64,000 nucleotides of DNA from Capsulimonadales bacterium (GTDB lineage: Bacteria > Armatimonadota > Armatimonadia > Armatimonadales > Armatimonadaceae): assembly GCA_033762295.1 (NCBI GenBank), contig JANRLW010000083.1, positions 1 through 64,000 on the forward strand, in the 5' to 3' direction. Below, in pieces: positions 37,552 to 46,506 of the stretch. Positions within the stretch are counted from its first letter, which is position 1; each line of letters starts with the position of its first letter. A program made the position numbers and the translations under genes. The notes beneath the pieces are model-generated. The model had not been told where the DNA came from. It did no database searches and worked only from the letters and a program-made list of their open reading frames with translations.

Positions 37552-38136
37552 ATGAACAAGGCCGAACTGCGGCAATGGGCCATCGCCCGCCGCAACACCC
37601 TCGATATCGAACGCCTGTCGGCGGCACTGTGCCGACGGGTGACGGAACTGCCGGCATTTCACAGCGCCGAACATATCCTTATATATAGGGCGATGCCGCA
37701 GGAGGTGGACCTGTCCTCGCTGACGGCCGATACCGGGCGGCGCTGGTACCTGCCCCGGTGTGCGCCCGGACGGCGACTGGCGATCCACCCGTTCGTTCCC
37801 GGCCGGACCCCGTTGCGGCCGGGACCCTTCGGTATCGCCGAACCGGACCCCGAACGGACGCCCGAGGTCGAACCGGACGTTCCCGACATCGTTCTCGTTC
37901 CCGCCCTGCTGCTCACGCCGGACGGTGGGCGACTGGGCTACGGCGGCGGGTACTACGACCGATTTCTCCCGCGTCTGCGTGCCGATGCGGTCACGGTCGG
38001 CGTCCTGCCCGCGGCGATGGTGGTGCCGCATCTGCCGCTGGACCCGTGGGATATCCCGGTAGGTTACGTTGTCACCGAGGAGGCGACCGCCGGCCCGAAG
38101 GAAACGACCTCCGGCCGAACGGGTGGCGTTTCTTGA
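37552..38136 (+). CDS. 5-formyltetrahydrofolate cyclo-ligase
   Basis: MNKAELR, GPFGIAEP, DIVLVP, GGRLGYGGGYYDRFL, PWDIPV. Confidence 0.93.
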   Translation: MNKAELRQWAIARRNTLDIERLSAALCRRVTELPAFHSAEHILIYRAMPQEVDLSSLTADTGRRWYLPRCAPGRRLAIHPFVPGRTPLRPGPFGIAEPDPERTPEVEPDVPDIVLVPALLLTPDGGRLGYGGGYYDRFLPRLRADAVTVGVLPAAMVVPHLPLDPWDIPVGYVVTEEATAGPKETTSGRTGGVS

Positions 38137-38162
38137 CGACGCTTCCGTTCCCGTGCTACAAT
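38133..38162 (+). promoter_or_regulatory. Sigma70-type promoter
   Basis: TTGACG-18 bp-TACAAT with extended TG, upstream of ORF 38207. Confidence 0.6.
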
Positions 38163-38206
38163 CCGCGCAGATTCGCGCAGACCGCGTCAGGTAGAGAAGC
38201 AGGCTT

Positions 38207-38515
38207 ATGGCTCAGGTGAAGCGTCGGTATACCACGACGGACGGCAGGAACGACTGGATTGTCACCGTTTCCTATGACGAACGAGGGCTGTCCTCCGCCC
38301 ACTGGTTCGAGGCCGGGGTCGCCGCCGTCAACGAACGGACCGGCGCGAAGTATCCTCTGGCTCCGGAGATCGCGACCTACCGGATCGGCGAGGTGGAACG
38401 TCCGTTTCGGGATTTCGTCCGGCTCGATTTCGACGGCGACCGGGAAGCGGCCATCGATCATCTGCTGAATACCATCTACCGCCGGGTCTATTCCTACATC
38501 GAACGAGGTCACTGA
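38207..38515 (+). CDS. Small hypothetical protein
   Basis: 102-aa globular-looking ORF with its own promoter. Confidence 0.7.
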   Translation: MAQVKRRYTTTDGRNDWIVTVSYDERGLSSAHWFEAGVAAVNERTGAKYPLAPEIATYRIGEVERPFRDFVRLDFDGDREAAIDHLLNTIYRRVYSYIERGH

Positions 38516-38721
38516 CCGTCGACCGGCACCGGCAAGATCGGCCAACATTTCCGCCGTTACCGGCAAGCGGGACAGGCTCCGGGCAGGACGGCGGGAGCGC
38601 CGCGCTTTTGAAGAATAGATCAAAATTTCTCGGAACCGGAAGGAAAAGAGAGAGGTCGCGACGAATGAGTAGGCCGTAAAACGCGGGTTTCCCGTCAGGA
38701 AAGCCCGGGGAAAGCGGGGTA

Positions 38722-38751
38722 TTGCCCTCTCTTTTTCCGTTATGCTATAAT
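38722..38751 (+). promoter_or_regulatory. Sigma70-type promoter (extended -10)
   Basis: TTGCCC-18 bp-TATAAT with TG extension, ~550 bp upstream of the giant gene. Confidence 0.6.
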
Positions 38752-39301
38752 CGCGGCGGTTGCCCGGTTGAATCTCCGGCCCGCCCGAATGCAAACGCGC
38801 AATCGCGTGTCGATCAACGGGCAGGGTGGCCCGGACGGTGACGGAACGAGGACGAAAACTTTTAGGTTACGGCGGACATGCGCTAAATCGGAATTGTCTC
38901 TAAAAAATCCGCTCTAACCCCGAAACAATAAACAATACCGTACCTGCCCGCCGGAGGAACGCCCCGCAGGCATCGACCGACCCGGAATGCCGGGGAATGT
39001 CGATGAAAACGGGCGAAAAAACGTCGCTGAAAAAGGTGAAATCTTTTGAAGGGCGTTCTGAAGGACAGGTACAAAGCAGGTGAAACGACCGATGCGGAAG
39101 CGGACGCCCGAAATGGAAGGTCGCCCCCCGTCCCGTTCGTTTTATATGTCGGACTTCGGAAGACACACGACTCCGAAGGACCGACCGGATAGACCCGAGT
39201 GCGCTCCGGCCGTGGCAGCAAAAGGATGCTGTTGCGCCGGGTCCCGTTGAGGAAGGCGAATCGCCCGAATCCATGGGTACCTTGAGGAGGTTGACCCCAT
39301 C

Positions 39302-42300
39302 TTGATGTTCGTGAACATACGCCAGCGGGCAACGGTGTTTGCCCTTTTCGCAACGCTCGTGCTGGGCCTGTCTCTGCCCGCACAGGCGCAGAACGCCAAG
39401 TCGACTCCGACGAAAAAGACGACGGGTCGGTACACGGCACCGTTACCGGTACCGGTTTCTTCTTATCGTGGTTCCGGGCGCACCCGGCCGGTGGATAGCG
39501 GCGCTTCTACCGGCATGGCGATGGTGCCGACCCGGCGCGGACCGATGAAGGGGAACGGTATTTTTATTCCGTCCGATGTGCCCGTGCGTTCGACCGTCGG
39601 AGTCACCGGATTCAAGAAGGCGACCAGCCGCGTTCGGATCGGTGGCGCCAACGGCGCGTCCGTCACCGAAAAGGTGGTCAACCTGACGCAGACACCGGTT
39701 CCGGACGAGCGGGTGCCGGTCTGGACCGTCGACGAGCGGTTCCTGTACTTCGCGGGAAATTCCGCCGCCAACCCCGGTCGGTACAACATCTATCGTATCG
39801 CCTCCGATGAACCGACCGATGCCGGTGCCAACACCCCGGTCGCCATCTCCAATCCGGCGAATACCGGTTTTGACTACTACTTCCCTGTTATCAACCTGAA
39901 CCAGACCCGCGTTGCGTTTGTCAGGTCTTCCGATGGCAAGGACGTGGATGATCCGACCAAGAAGTGGGATCTCTATGTGGCCGACCTCCCCGCCAACGGC
40001 CAGTTCCTCGATACGGAGGAACTGGGGGCGAACAACCTGCGAAAACTGACCGAGGGACGTGACTTCCCGAACGGACAGGGTGGACGCGCCCGATTCGCTA
40101 CCGTCGGTCGGCCGGCCTGGGTGGGCAGTACGGATGTCGTCTTCTCCGCGCAGCTGGAAGGCGATCCGAACTTTCACCTCTTTTCGGTCAACATTCAGAC
40201 CCGTGTCATCTTCCAGTTGACGGCGGGCGCGGGCGACGAACGGAATCCGAGCGCCTCGCCGGATGGCCGCTATATTGCGTTCGACTCCAATGCCGAATCG
40301 AATACGACCGGCGGGACCTACGTCAGCGCACCGGCCGATCCCACCCGACGCGTGCGTACCGAGACGGATCCGGCCGCAACGCCGGCAGGTGCGGGTGCCG
40401 TCGGAAATACGCGAAACATCTTCATTATGGGGACACTCGGGCAGAACGTCCGGCAGTTTACCCTTCAGTATCCGGGTGCGCCCGCGGTCAGCAGCTTCCA
40501 TCCGACGTGGTCTTCCACCCAGAAGAATAACTTCATCAATCCGAACGGTGACGACCTCTTCATCGGGTTCGCCTCCGATCGTATACCTACTTTCGCCAGT
40601 GGGGACACAACGCAGAACACCGTCACCGGTTGGAACGCCGGACCGGCGAACACCAGCAGCATCTACTACGCGGTGGTCAGCCGCAACCAGGGGAATACTC
40701 TGCTTGGTGAAGCGGACCCGACCAATCTGGATGGTGTGGACGCAGATGGCGCGCGCCGTCTCGATACCGCCAACGATACGCTGCAGGGTGGGATTCTGAA
40801 CGACCAGACCCGACCCCGCTTCCGGGATCAGTATCCGACCTTCGCGCCGTTCGTCCGCGTCACGCGCATGTCCTGCCAGTCCAACCGCGTCGGCTCCTAC
40901 GCCAAGGATGGGATCGGGACGGGGTTCACGGTGACGAACGCCAAGGCGAACAACCTGTTCATTGCTTCCCTGATCGATATCACCGCGCCGACCCTGATCC
41001 GGTTCGACACGAGCAGTCCGACCGGCGAGGTCGTCCATATCAATCTGGTAACCAACGACGCCCAGCCGTACAACCCCGATCTCGCGGCCAGCGTTCGGAA
41101 CCGCTCCGATGGAATTACCCCCGGCTCGAAAGTCCACTTCGCCGTCCGTTTCGAGGATCGCGAGTCCGGAATGCGCCCGGAGAATAGTTCCGACGGAAAG
41201 GCGGTCTACCTTCAGATCAAGAACCCGAACTCCCGTTACCAGAGTGCCGCTCAGGGGGCATCCGTCCCGGATAACACTCACCGTGGCGAGCATAAGGAGT
41301 TCTACGACAACTTTACCGAAGCCTACGTGGAAGGGCAGACCTTCATTTCCTGGGCGAACCGGGCTACCGGGTACAACGTCGGCACGGAATTCGAAGCGCA
41401 GGCCATCAGTGCCATCTCGACCACCGATGCGGCTGCCGGAACCAACAATTTCCCCACCGACGTCGCCCGTGGAACGCCGTACTACAGCCACGAGTTCAAT
41501 ACCTTCGGTGACGGTCCGCTTTACGTCCCGAGTTTCAACGACCGGGTCGCCTTCAGCGGAACCTTCGGTCATTTCGGTCGAGCGGTCGCGCCGCTCGATG
41601 GTGGTACCTATACCGTTTACACAGGTGCCGGTGTCGCCCAAACGATTACCACACCGAATGTCTGGCTCCACCTGCGTCCGCTTGTTCAAACCGATGCCAA
41701 CGGACAGCCGGTAACGGACGCCAACGGCAATACGGTTCCGGTCCGTCCTGTCGATGGCAAAGGCGGTGTCCTTTATGGCGCTTCCTGGGTAACGCCTTCC
41801 GACGCCTCAGACTGGTATATCGACGTCATCGCCTACGATAACGCCGTCAATCCGTACAACCCCAATGAGCGTTCGAACGTCATCATCTACGATAACGTCT
41901 GGGGATTCTCGACGGCCGCTCCGATCTCCGGTCTGCCGCAGGATATTCTGGTCGTTTCGGATTACACGCTCGGGCAGAAGTTCTTCGCCTCGCGTTTCGG
42001 AACGCCGACCACCGACGACCGGTCGACGCGCAACCTCCAGCCCCTCTTCTGGGGAACCGAGTCCTATTTCACGGACGTCGACCTTCAGCGCTTCCCCTCC
42101 GAGCAGGCAGGACAGGAAGCGCCCTTTACAGGAACAACCCCGCCCAACCCGCCGAATGTCTGGGACCGCGATACGCCATTCCAGTTGTCCATCAGGACCA
42201 ATTCCGGCGTTTTTGGTGGAAATTTCTACAACCGATCGGGATACCCGAACGTTCTGGGGGTTTCCTCCTACAACGACGAAATTCTGGACTCCAGTGCGGT

Positions 42301-45300
42301 CTTTGTCGATGCCGCCGGAGGGTTTGAAGGATACAAACTTCCCGTAACCGGGCGCTACAGCATCTATCGAGTCCTCAGCCGTGGACCGGTGCCTGCTGCC
42401 CTCCTGCAGGACTACCTGCCCCAGCAGACGGTCGCACCGGCAGACACCGCCCGGGGCGAAACCGTACCGCGTACCGTTCTCAGCGTCAACCGAATGGTCG
42501 TCTGGGCGTCCCCCTTTACGGGGAACCTTTTCACCGGGGCGGGTAGCCTGACGGACATTCAGACCCAGAACGATTTGACCAGCTATGTCCAGTCGGGCGG
42601 ACGGCTCCTGATTTCCGGACAGGATATCGGTTTCGCACTCGCCGGCAACGGTCAAAACAACTTCTTTTTCAACAACATCCTGAAGGCAAGCTACCTTACG
42701 GACGGAGGTGGCCAGTTCACCGGAATCCAGGCTGCAACCTTCTCCGGTAACTCCGATTATGTTCTCCAGTTGACGCGCGACCCCTGGACCCCGGCGACCG
42801 GGACCCACGCGTATGGTGCTTTCACCGGTGGCACCCTGCCCTGGCAGTACCGTCCGCTCGATACCGGCGCGCCGGGTGGTAACGGAATCGTTCGTTACGT
42901 CAGCAATACCGCGACCCTTGGAGAGCGTGTCGGAGACGCTTCGCAGTCGGCCAACAGCGACGCCGGTTTCGTCGATCGCATTCGTGCTAATCCGGGCGTG
43001 ACCCCGACAGGAACGCCCGCCGGATCGCCGCCCGACTCGGTCGACCTGTTCCTCTTTCCCGGTAGTCCCGCCCCGCCCGCCTTCCCTGCGCCCGGAGCAC
43101 AGCCAACGGCCAGTGCAACCATCGCAGCCATCATCGGTAGTGCCGTGCCCTCCGGTTACAGCGCGATCGGACGAACGGTCTACGATCCCGCCCGGAGTGG
43201 TCAGCGCATCGGTAAGGTTGTCTATGCCGCGGCCGGTTTCGAATCCATCAGCCAGGGATGGTATAACTACGCGACCGGAACGCCAAGCATCACCTATCGA
43301 GCAACTCTCGGACGGCGTGCGGTTCTGATGCACAACATCACCTGCCACTTCCGCACCGGTTCCATCACAGGTCGAGTTCTCGACAATGAAGGCAAGCCCG
43401 TCAACGATGCCCTCGTTCGTGCCGTGCCGGATGTGGTCGACGATACGCAGGTCGCTACCGGTACGGCCCTGACCGACGAAAACGGAAACTTCCAGATCAT
43501 CGGTCTGCCGCCCGGATTCTATGTCCTCTTCGGGTACAAAGCCGGGTTCTATACCCAGCATAACCTCGGGAACACCGTCCATGGCGGATGGCGTGCAGCG
43601 GCCGACATCGCCCTGAAAGCCGCCGGACCCGGAGCCCTCAGCGGAGTTCAAAGGGGGACGGGCCAGCAGAACCCGCAGGGCGGCGTCTTCTCCGAGGACG
43701 GAGTCACTCCGATCTCCGGAATCGAGATTCAGGTCCGCCGGCGAGAGGTGAACGGCCTCTATACCAAGGTCGTTTCCTACTCCTCCGACGGAAGCAACCG
43801 TGTTGTCCTTCCCGATGGTAGCTCGACGCAGCTTCCGGCGGGCGCGTACCTGTTCCCCGCCCTGTTGATCTCCGATTACCAGGTGGTCGCGAACAGCATC
43901 TTCACCGTCCGGGACGGAAGAATCGTCGAGAAAGAGATTCGGGAGTTCCGCGACGCCAACGGCGCGATCTTCCGCGCTCACGTGAACGACGACGGCAGTC
44001 CGGTCAAGGAGCAGTACGGCGAGGTTCGCATCGGCGTCTCTCCGGCGAGCCAGTACCGGCTCGGAACCGGCGTCCAGGTGATTCCCGATCCGAACCCCGG
44101 TTCGGCCCAACCGATCGGACCGACCGTTCGCATCTCCGAGAACGTCACCGCTCAGGTCGACTTCCTGCTGCCCGCGCGGCCACAGCGGATCACCGGCCGC
44201 GTCCTGAATCAGGATAACAACCAGCCGATCGAGGACGCGATCGTCACCGCCACCCGCAAGAGCGACGGGACTCTGGTCGCTCAGGGAACGACCGACGCCA
44301 ACGGCGTCTACACGCTGAGCCGAATCAACCCGCCGGCGGGCGATCCCGATCCGACGCTACTGCCGGGCGCCACCTATGTCGTCTCGGCAAGCGCCAACGG
44401 ATTCAGTCCGAACGTGCCGCCGTCCGAAGCCAATAATCTGGATGTGGTCGTCGGTGGCCAGCTCGAGCAGACCGTGACCGCTCCGGATATCCGTCTGAAG
44501 ACCCTGCCGCCGGGTTCGGTTTCCGGTCTGGTTCGCCGGTTCGCCGGTTCCCAGCCGACCACCTCGGCGACGGAAGGCGCGACGGTCGACTTCTACGCGG
44601 TACAGGTGGTCGGCGGACAGCAGGTCCAGTCGCCGAACATCTCCTATACGGCGACGGTCGGCGCGGTGCAAACCACGTCCGACGGGTACCAGTTCAACTT
44701 CCGAATCGCGGAAGTGCTGCCGGGTACCTACAATGCCTACGTCTCCAAGCCCGGCCTTTCCGGAAATCCCTCGCCCTTCGCCAACATCACGGTGACGACC
44801 GGCGCGGAAACCCGGAACATCAACTTCATACTCGAACCGCCGAAGATCTACGGCCAGGGCCTTCAGCTCATCTCCGTGCCGCAGGACTACTCCGCGGTCG
44901 TCACCCGGGACGTCTTCGGTATCACGGCAAACGGTGATAACGATGGCGACGGAACCGCCGGTTCCGCCAACGATACGGCGATCCACAATATCTTCAACGT
45001 CGCCGACTGGTCGGGAACCAGCTACCAGACCTCGCCCGACCTCCGGCTCCGCCTCGGAAAAGGCTACTTTGTCCGGTTCGGAGACCAGGCGGCCATCGCC
45101 ACCAGCGGCGCACCGACACAGGCCACCTCCTTCCGGATCGACCTGTCGCGCGGCTGGAACCTGATCGGGCATCCGTTCTCCAATCAGGTCAATCCGAGCG
45201 ACCCGGCGGCGGATATCGACATCAGCGCACCCTCGATCGTCACCTACAGCTACGTGACCGTGACCGGCGTTCAGAGGACGGAAGTCTCCCTGGCGCAGGC

Positions 45301-46309
45301 GGTTTCCGATAACGCACTGCAGGGCGTGCTCTACAACTACACCGGTTCGGAAAACGGCAGTCTCTATCAGCCGGGTTCCCGACTGAAACAGTGGTTCGGC
45401 TACTGGATCCGGGCATTCGTCCCGGTCCGGATGACCCTGCGGTATCCGGGAACGGGAACCCGCGCGGTCAAGGCCGGAACGAAGAGCGGCGGGGTCTTCA
45501 AGTCGATAACCCGAGCGGAACGCGAACTGCACGTGCCGCTGGCGATCGCCTCGAAGAATGCCACCGACTGGCGACTTCAGATTGCCGCCCGCCAGGGTAA
45601 CCTGGCCGACACCGAGAACAGCGTCGGTGTCGCACCGGACGCGCATGAAGGGTTCGACAATCAGTACGACCATGAAAAACCGCCGATGGTCGGCGAGGCC
45701 CCTGCGCTGTACGTGGGAATCCTCGGCAAGGACATGGCCGGCCGTGCGACGACACTCTCCAGCAATGTCGCCGCTCCGGCGAACGCCACCACGTTCGAGT
45801 TCACCGTCCAAACAACGGCGGACGGACCGGTGACGGTCTACTGGCCCAACGTTTCCCGCTTGCCGCGCGGACTCGAACCGGTCCTGGTCGATACCGCGTC
45901 CGGTAAGCGGGTCGCCATGCGGAGCGGCTCCTCGTCCTACACGTTCACGCCGAACGGACGGGCCGAGCACCGGTTCCGTGTGGAAGTCTCCGCCGGGTCC
46001 AGCCTGCCGCTCGACATTCTGAACCTCCGGACGGCGTCCCGCGATATCAGCGGTGGCGGCAGCTACCGGTTCAGCTTCACGACCACCCGTGCGGTGAACG
46101 TCAATGCGGAGATTCGCACACTGACCGGCAAACGGATCAAGCGGTTCCAGAGCCGGGCGGCGGGCGGCGTCGAAACCTCCGTCGTCTGGGACGGACGGGA
46201 CGAAGCCGGGCAGATGCTGCCGCCGGGACCGTATGTCCTGACCGTCACGGCTCAGGATGATCGCGGAGCCAGTGTCAGCCGAAGAGTATCCGTGCTGAAG
46301 AACCAGTAG
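39302..46309 (+). CDS. Giant secreted protein: TolB/PD40 beta-propeller, alpha/beta domain, carboxypeptidase-regulatory-like Ig repeats, shared C-terminal module with FlgD-Ig-like domain
   Basis: RBS GAGGAGG; signal peptide AQA-Q; DERNPSASPDGRYIAFDSN; GSITGRVLD..GKPV..A.V...TD.NG.F...LPPG.Y; C-terminal WDGRDEAGQMLPPGPYVLTVTA. Confidence 0.88.
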   Translation: MMFVNIRQRATVFALFATLVLGLSLPAQAQNAKSTPTKKTTGRYTAPLPVPVSSYRGSGRTRPVDSGASTGMAMVPTRRGPMKGNGIFIPSDVPVRSTVGVTGFKKATSRVRIGGANGASVTEKVVNLTQTPVPDERVPVWTVDERFLYFAGNSAANPGRYNIYRIASDEPTDAGANTPVAISNPANTGFDYYFPVINLNQTRVAFVRSSDGKDVDDPTKKWDLYVADLPANGQFLDTEELGANNLRKLTEGRDFPNGQGGRARFATVGRPAWVGSTDVVFSAQLEGDPNFHLFSVNIQTRVIFQLTAGAGDERNPSASPDGRYIAFDSNAESNTTGGTYVSAPADPTRRVRTETDPAATPAGAGAVGNTRNIFIMGTLGQNVRQFTLQYPGAPAVSSFHPTWSSTQKNNFINPNGDDLFIGFASDRIPTFASGDTTQNTVTGWNAGPANTSSIYYAVVSRNQGNTLLGEADPTNLDGVDADGARRLDTANDTLQGGILNDQTRPRFRDQYPTFAPFVRVTRMSCQSNRVGSYAKDGIGTGFTVTNAKANNLFIASLIDITAPTLIRFDTSSPTGEVVHINLVTNDAQPYNPDLAASVRNRSDGITPGSKVHFAVRFEDRESGMRPENSSDGKAVYLQIKNPNSRYQSAAQGASVPDNTHRGEHKEFYDNFTEAYVEGQTFISWANRATGYNVGTEFEAQAISAISTTDAAAGTNNFPTDVARGTPYYSHEFNTFGDGPLYVPSFNDRVAFSGTFGHFGRAVAPLDGGTYTVYTGAGVAQTITTPNVWLHLRPLVQTDANGQPVTDANGNTVPVRPVDGKGGVLYGASWVTPSDASDWYIDVIAYDNAVNPYNPNERSNVIIYDNVWGFSTAAPISGLPQDILVVSDYTLGQKFFASRFGTPTTDDRSTRNLQPLFWGTESYFTDVDLQRFPSEQAGQEAPFTGTTPPNPPNVWDRDTPFQLSIRTNSGVFGGNFYNRSGYPNVLGVSSYNDEILDSSAVFVDAAGGFEGYKLPVTGRYSIYRVLSRGPVPAALLQDYLPQQTVAPADTARGETVPRTVLSVNRMVVWASPFTGNLFTGAGSLTDIQTQNDLTSYVQSGGRLLISGQDIGFALAGNGQNNFFFNNILKASYLTDGGGQFTGIQAATFSGNSDYVLQLTRDPWTPATGTHAYGAFTGGTLPWQYRPLDTGAPGGNGIVRYVSNTATLGERVGDASQSANSDAGFVDRIRANPGVTPTGTPAGSPPDSVDLFLFPGSPAPPAFPAPGAQPTASATIAAIIGSAVPSGYSAIGRTVYDPARSGQRIGKVVYAAAGFESISQGWYNYATGTPSITYRATLGRRAVLMHNITCHFRTGSITGRVLDNEGKPVNDALVRAVPDVVDDTQVATGTALTDENGNFQIIGLPPGFYVLFGYKAGFYTQHNLGNTVHGGWRAAADIALKAAGPGALSGVQRGTGQQNPQGGVFSEDGVTPISGIEIQVRRREVNGLYTKVVSYSSDGSNRVVLPDGSSTQLPAGAYLFPALLISDYQVVANSIFTVRDGRIVEKEIREFRDANGAIFRAHVNDDGSPVKEQYGEVRIGVSPASQYRLGTGVQVIPDPNPGSAQPIGPTVRISENVTAQVDFLLPARPQRITGRVLNQDNNQPIEDAIVTATRKSDGTLVAQGTTDANGVYTLSRINPPAGDPDPTLLPGATYVVSASANGFSPNVPPSEANNLDVVVGGQLEQTVTAPDIRLKTLPPGSVSGLVRRFAGSQPTTSATEGATVDFYAVQVVGGQQVQSPNISYTATVGAVQTTSDGYQFNFRIAEVLPGTYNAYVSKPGLSGNPSPFANITVTTGAETRNINFILEPPKIYGQGLQLISVPQDYSAVVTRDVFGITANGDNDGDGTAGSANDTAIHNIFNVADWSGTSYQTSPDLRLRLGKGYFVRFGDQAAIATSGAPTQATSFRIDLSRGWNLIGHPFSNQVNPSDPAADIDISAPSIVTYSYVTVTGVQRTEVSLAQAVSDNALQGVLYNYTGSENGSLYQPGSRLKQWFGYWIRAFVPVRMTLRYPGTGTRAVKAGTKSGGVFKSITRAERELHVPLAIASKNATDWRLQIAARQGNLADTENSVGVAPDAHEGFDNQYDHEKPPMVGEAPALYVGILGKDMAGRATTLSSNVAAPANATTFEFTVQTTADGPVTVYWPNVSRLPRGLEPVLVDTASGKRVAMRSGSSSYTFTPNGRAEHRFRVEVSAGSSLPLDILNLRTASRDISGGGSYRFSFTTTRAVNVNAEIRTLTGKRIKRFQSRAAGGVETSVVWDGRDEAGQMLPPGPYVLTVTAQDDRGASVSRRVSVLKNQ

Positions 46310-46336
46310 ACCGGCAACCTGTGCCGCCGTCAAAAA

Positions 46337-46367
46337 TCCCCTCCTGAAGCGGAATGTCAGGAGGGGA
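46337..46367 (+). terminator. Stem-loop after the giant gene
   Basis: 11-bp stem TCCCCTCCTGA / TCAGGAGGGGA; no U-tract. Confidence 0.55.
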
Positions 46368-46506
46368 AAACGGCGGACCTGATGAAAATACGAAACAGAA
46401 CCAAAATCCGAATTGGCTAGTCACCAATACGTTGCGATTGTAGGGGGCTGTCAGGGAACTGCGCCCGGGCCGAGCCTACGATGAGTGTTAACGGAGGAAT
46501 AACGCA

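Noticed and set aside
37450..38830. 6S RNA next to the 5-formyl-THF cyclo-ligase gene
   Set aside because: The upstream gap is only ~100 bp, and the downstream hairpin (~63 nt) is too short for a 6S rod.
39111..39148. Shared AAATGGAA...TTATATG motif here and upstream of the group-2 sigma gene (~59781-59820, minus strand) as an alternative-sigma promoter
   Set aside because: The spacers differ (23 vs 25 bp) and there are only two instances, which is insufficient support.
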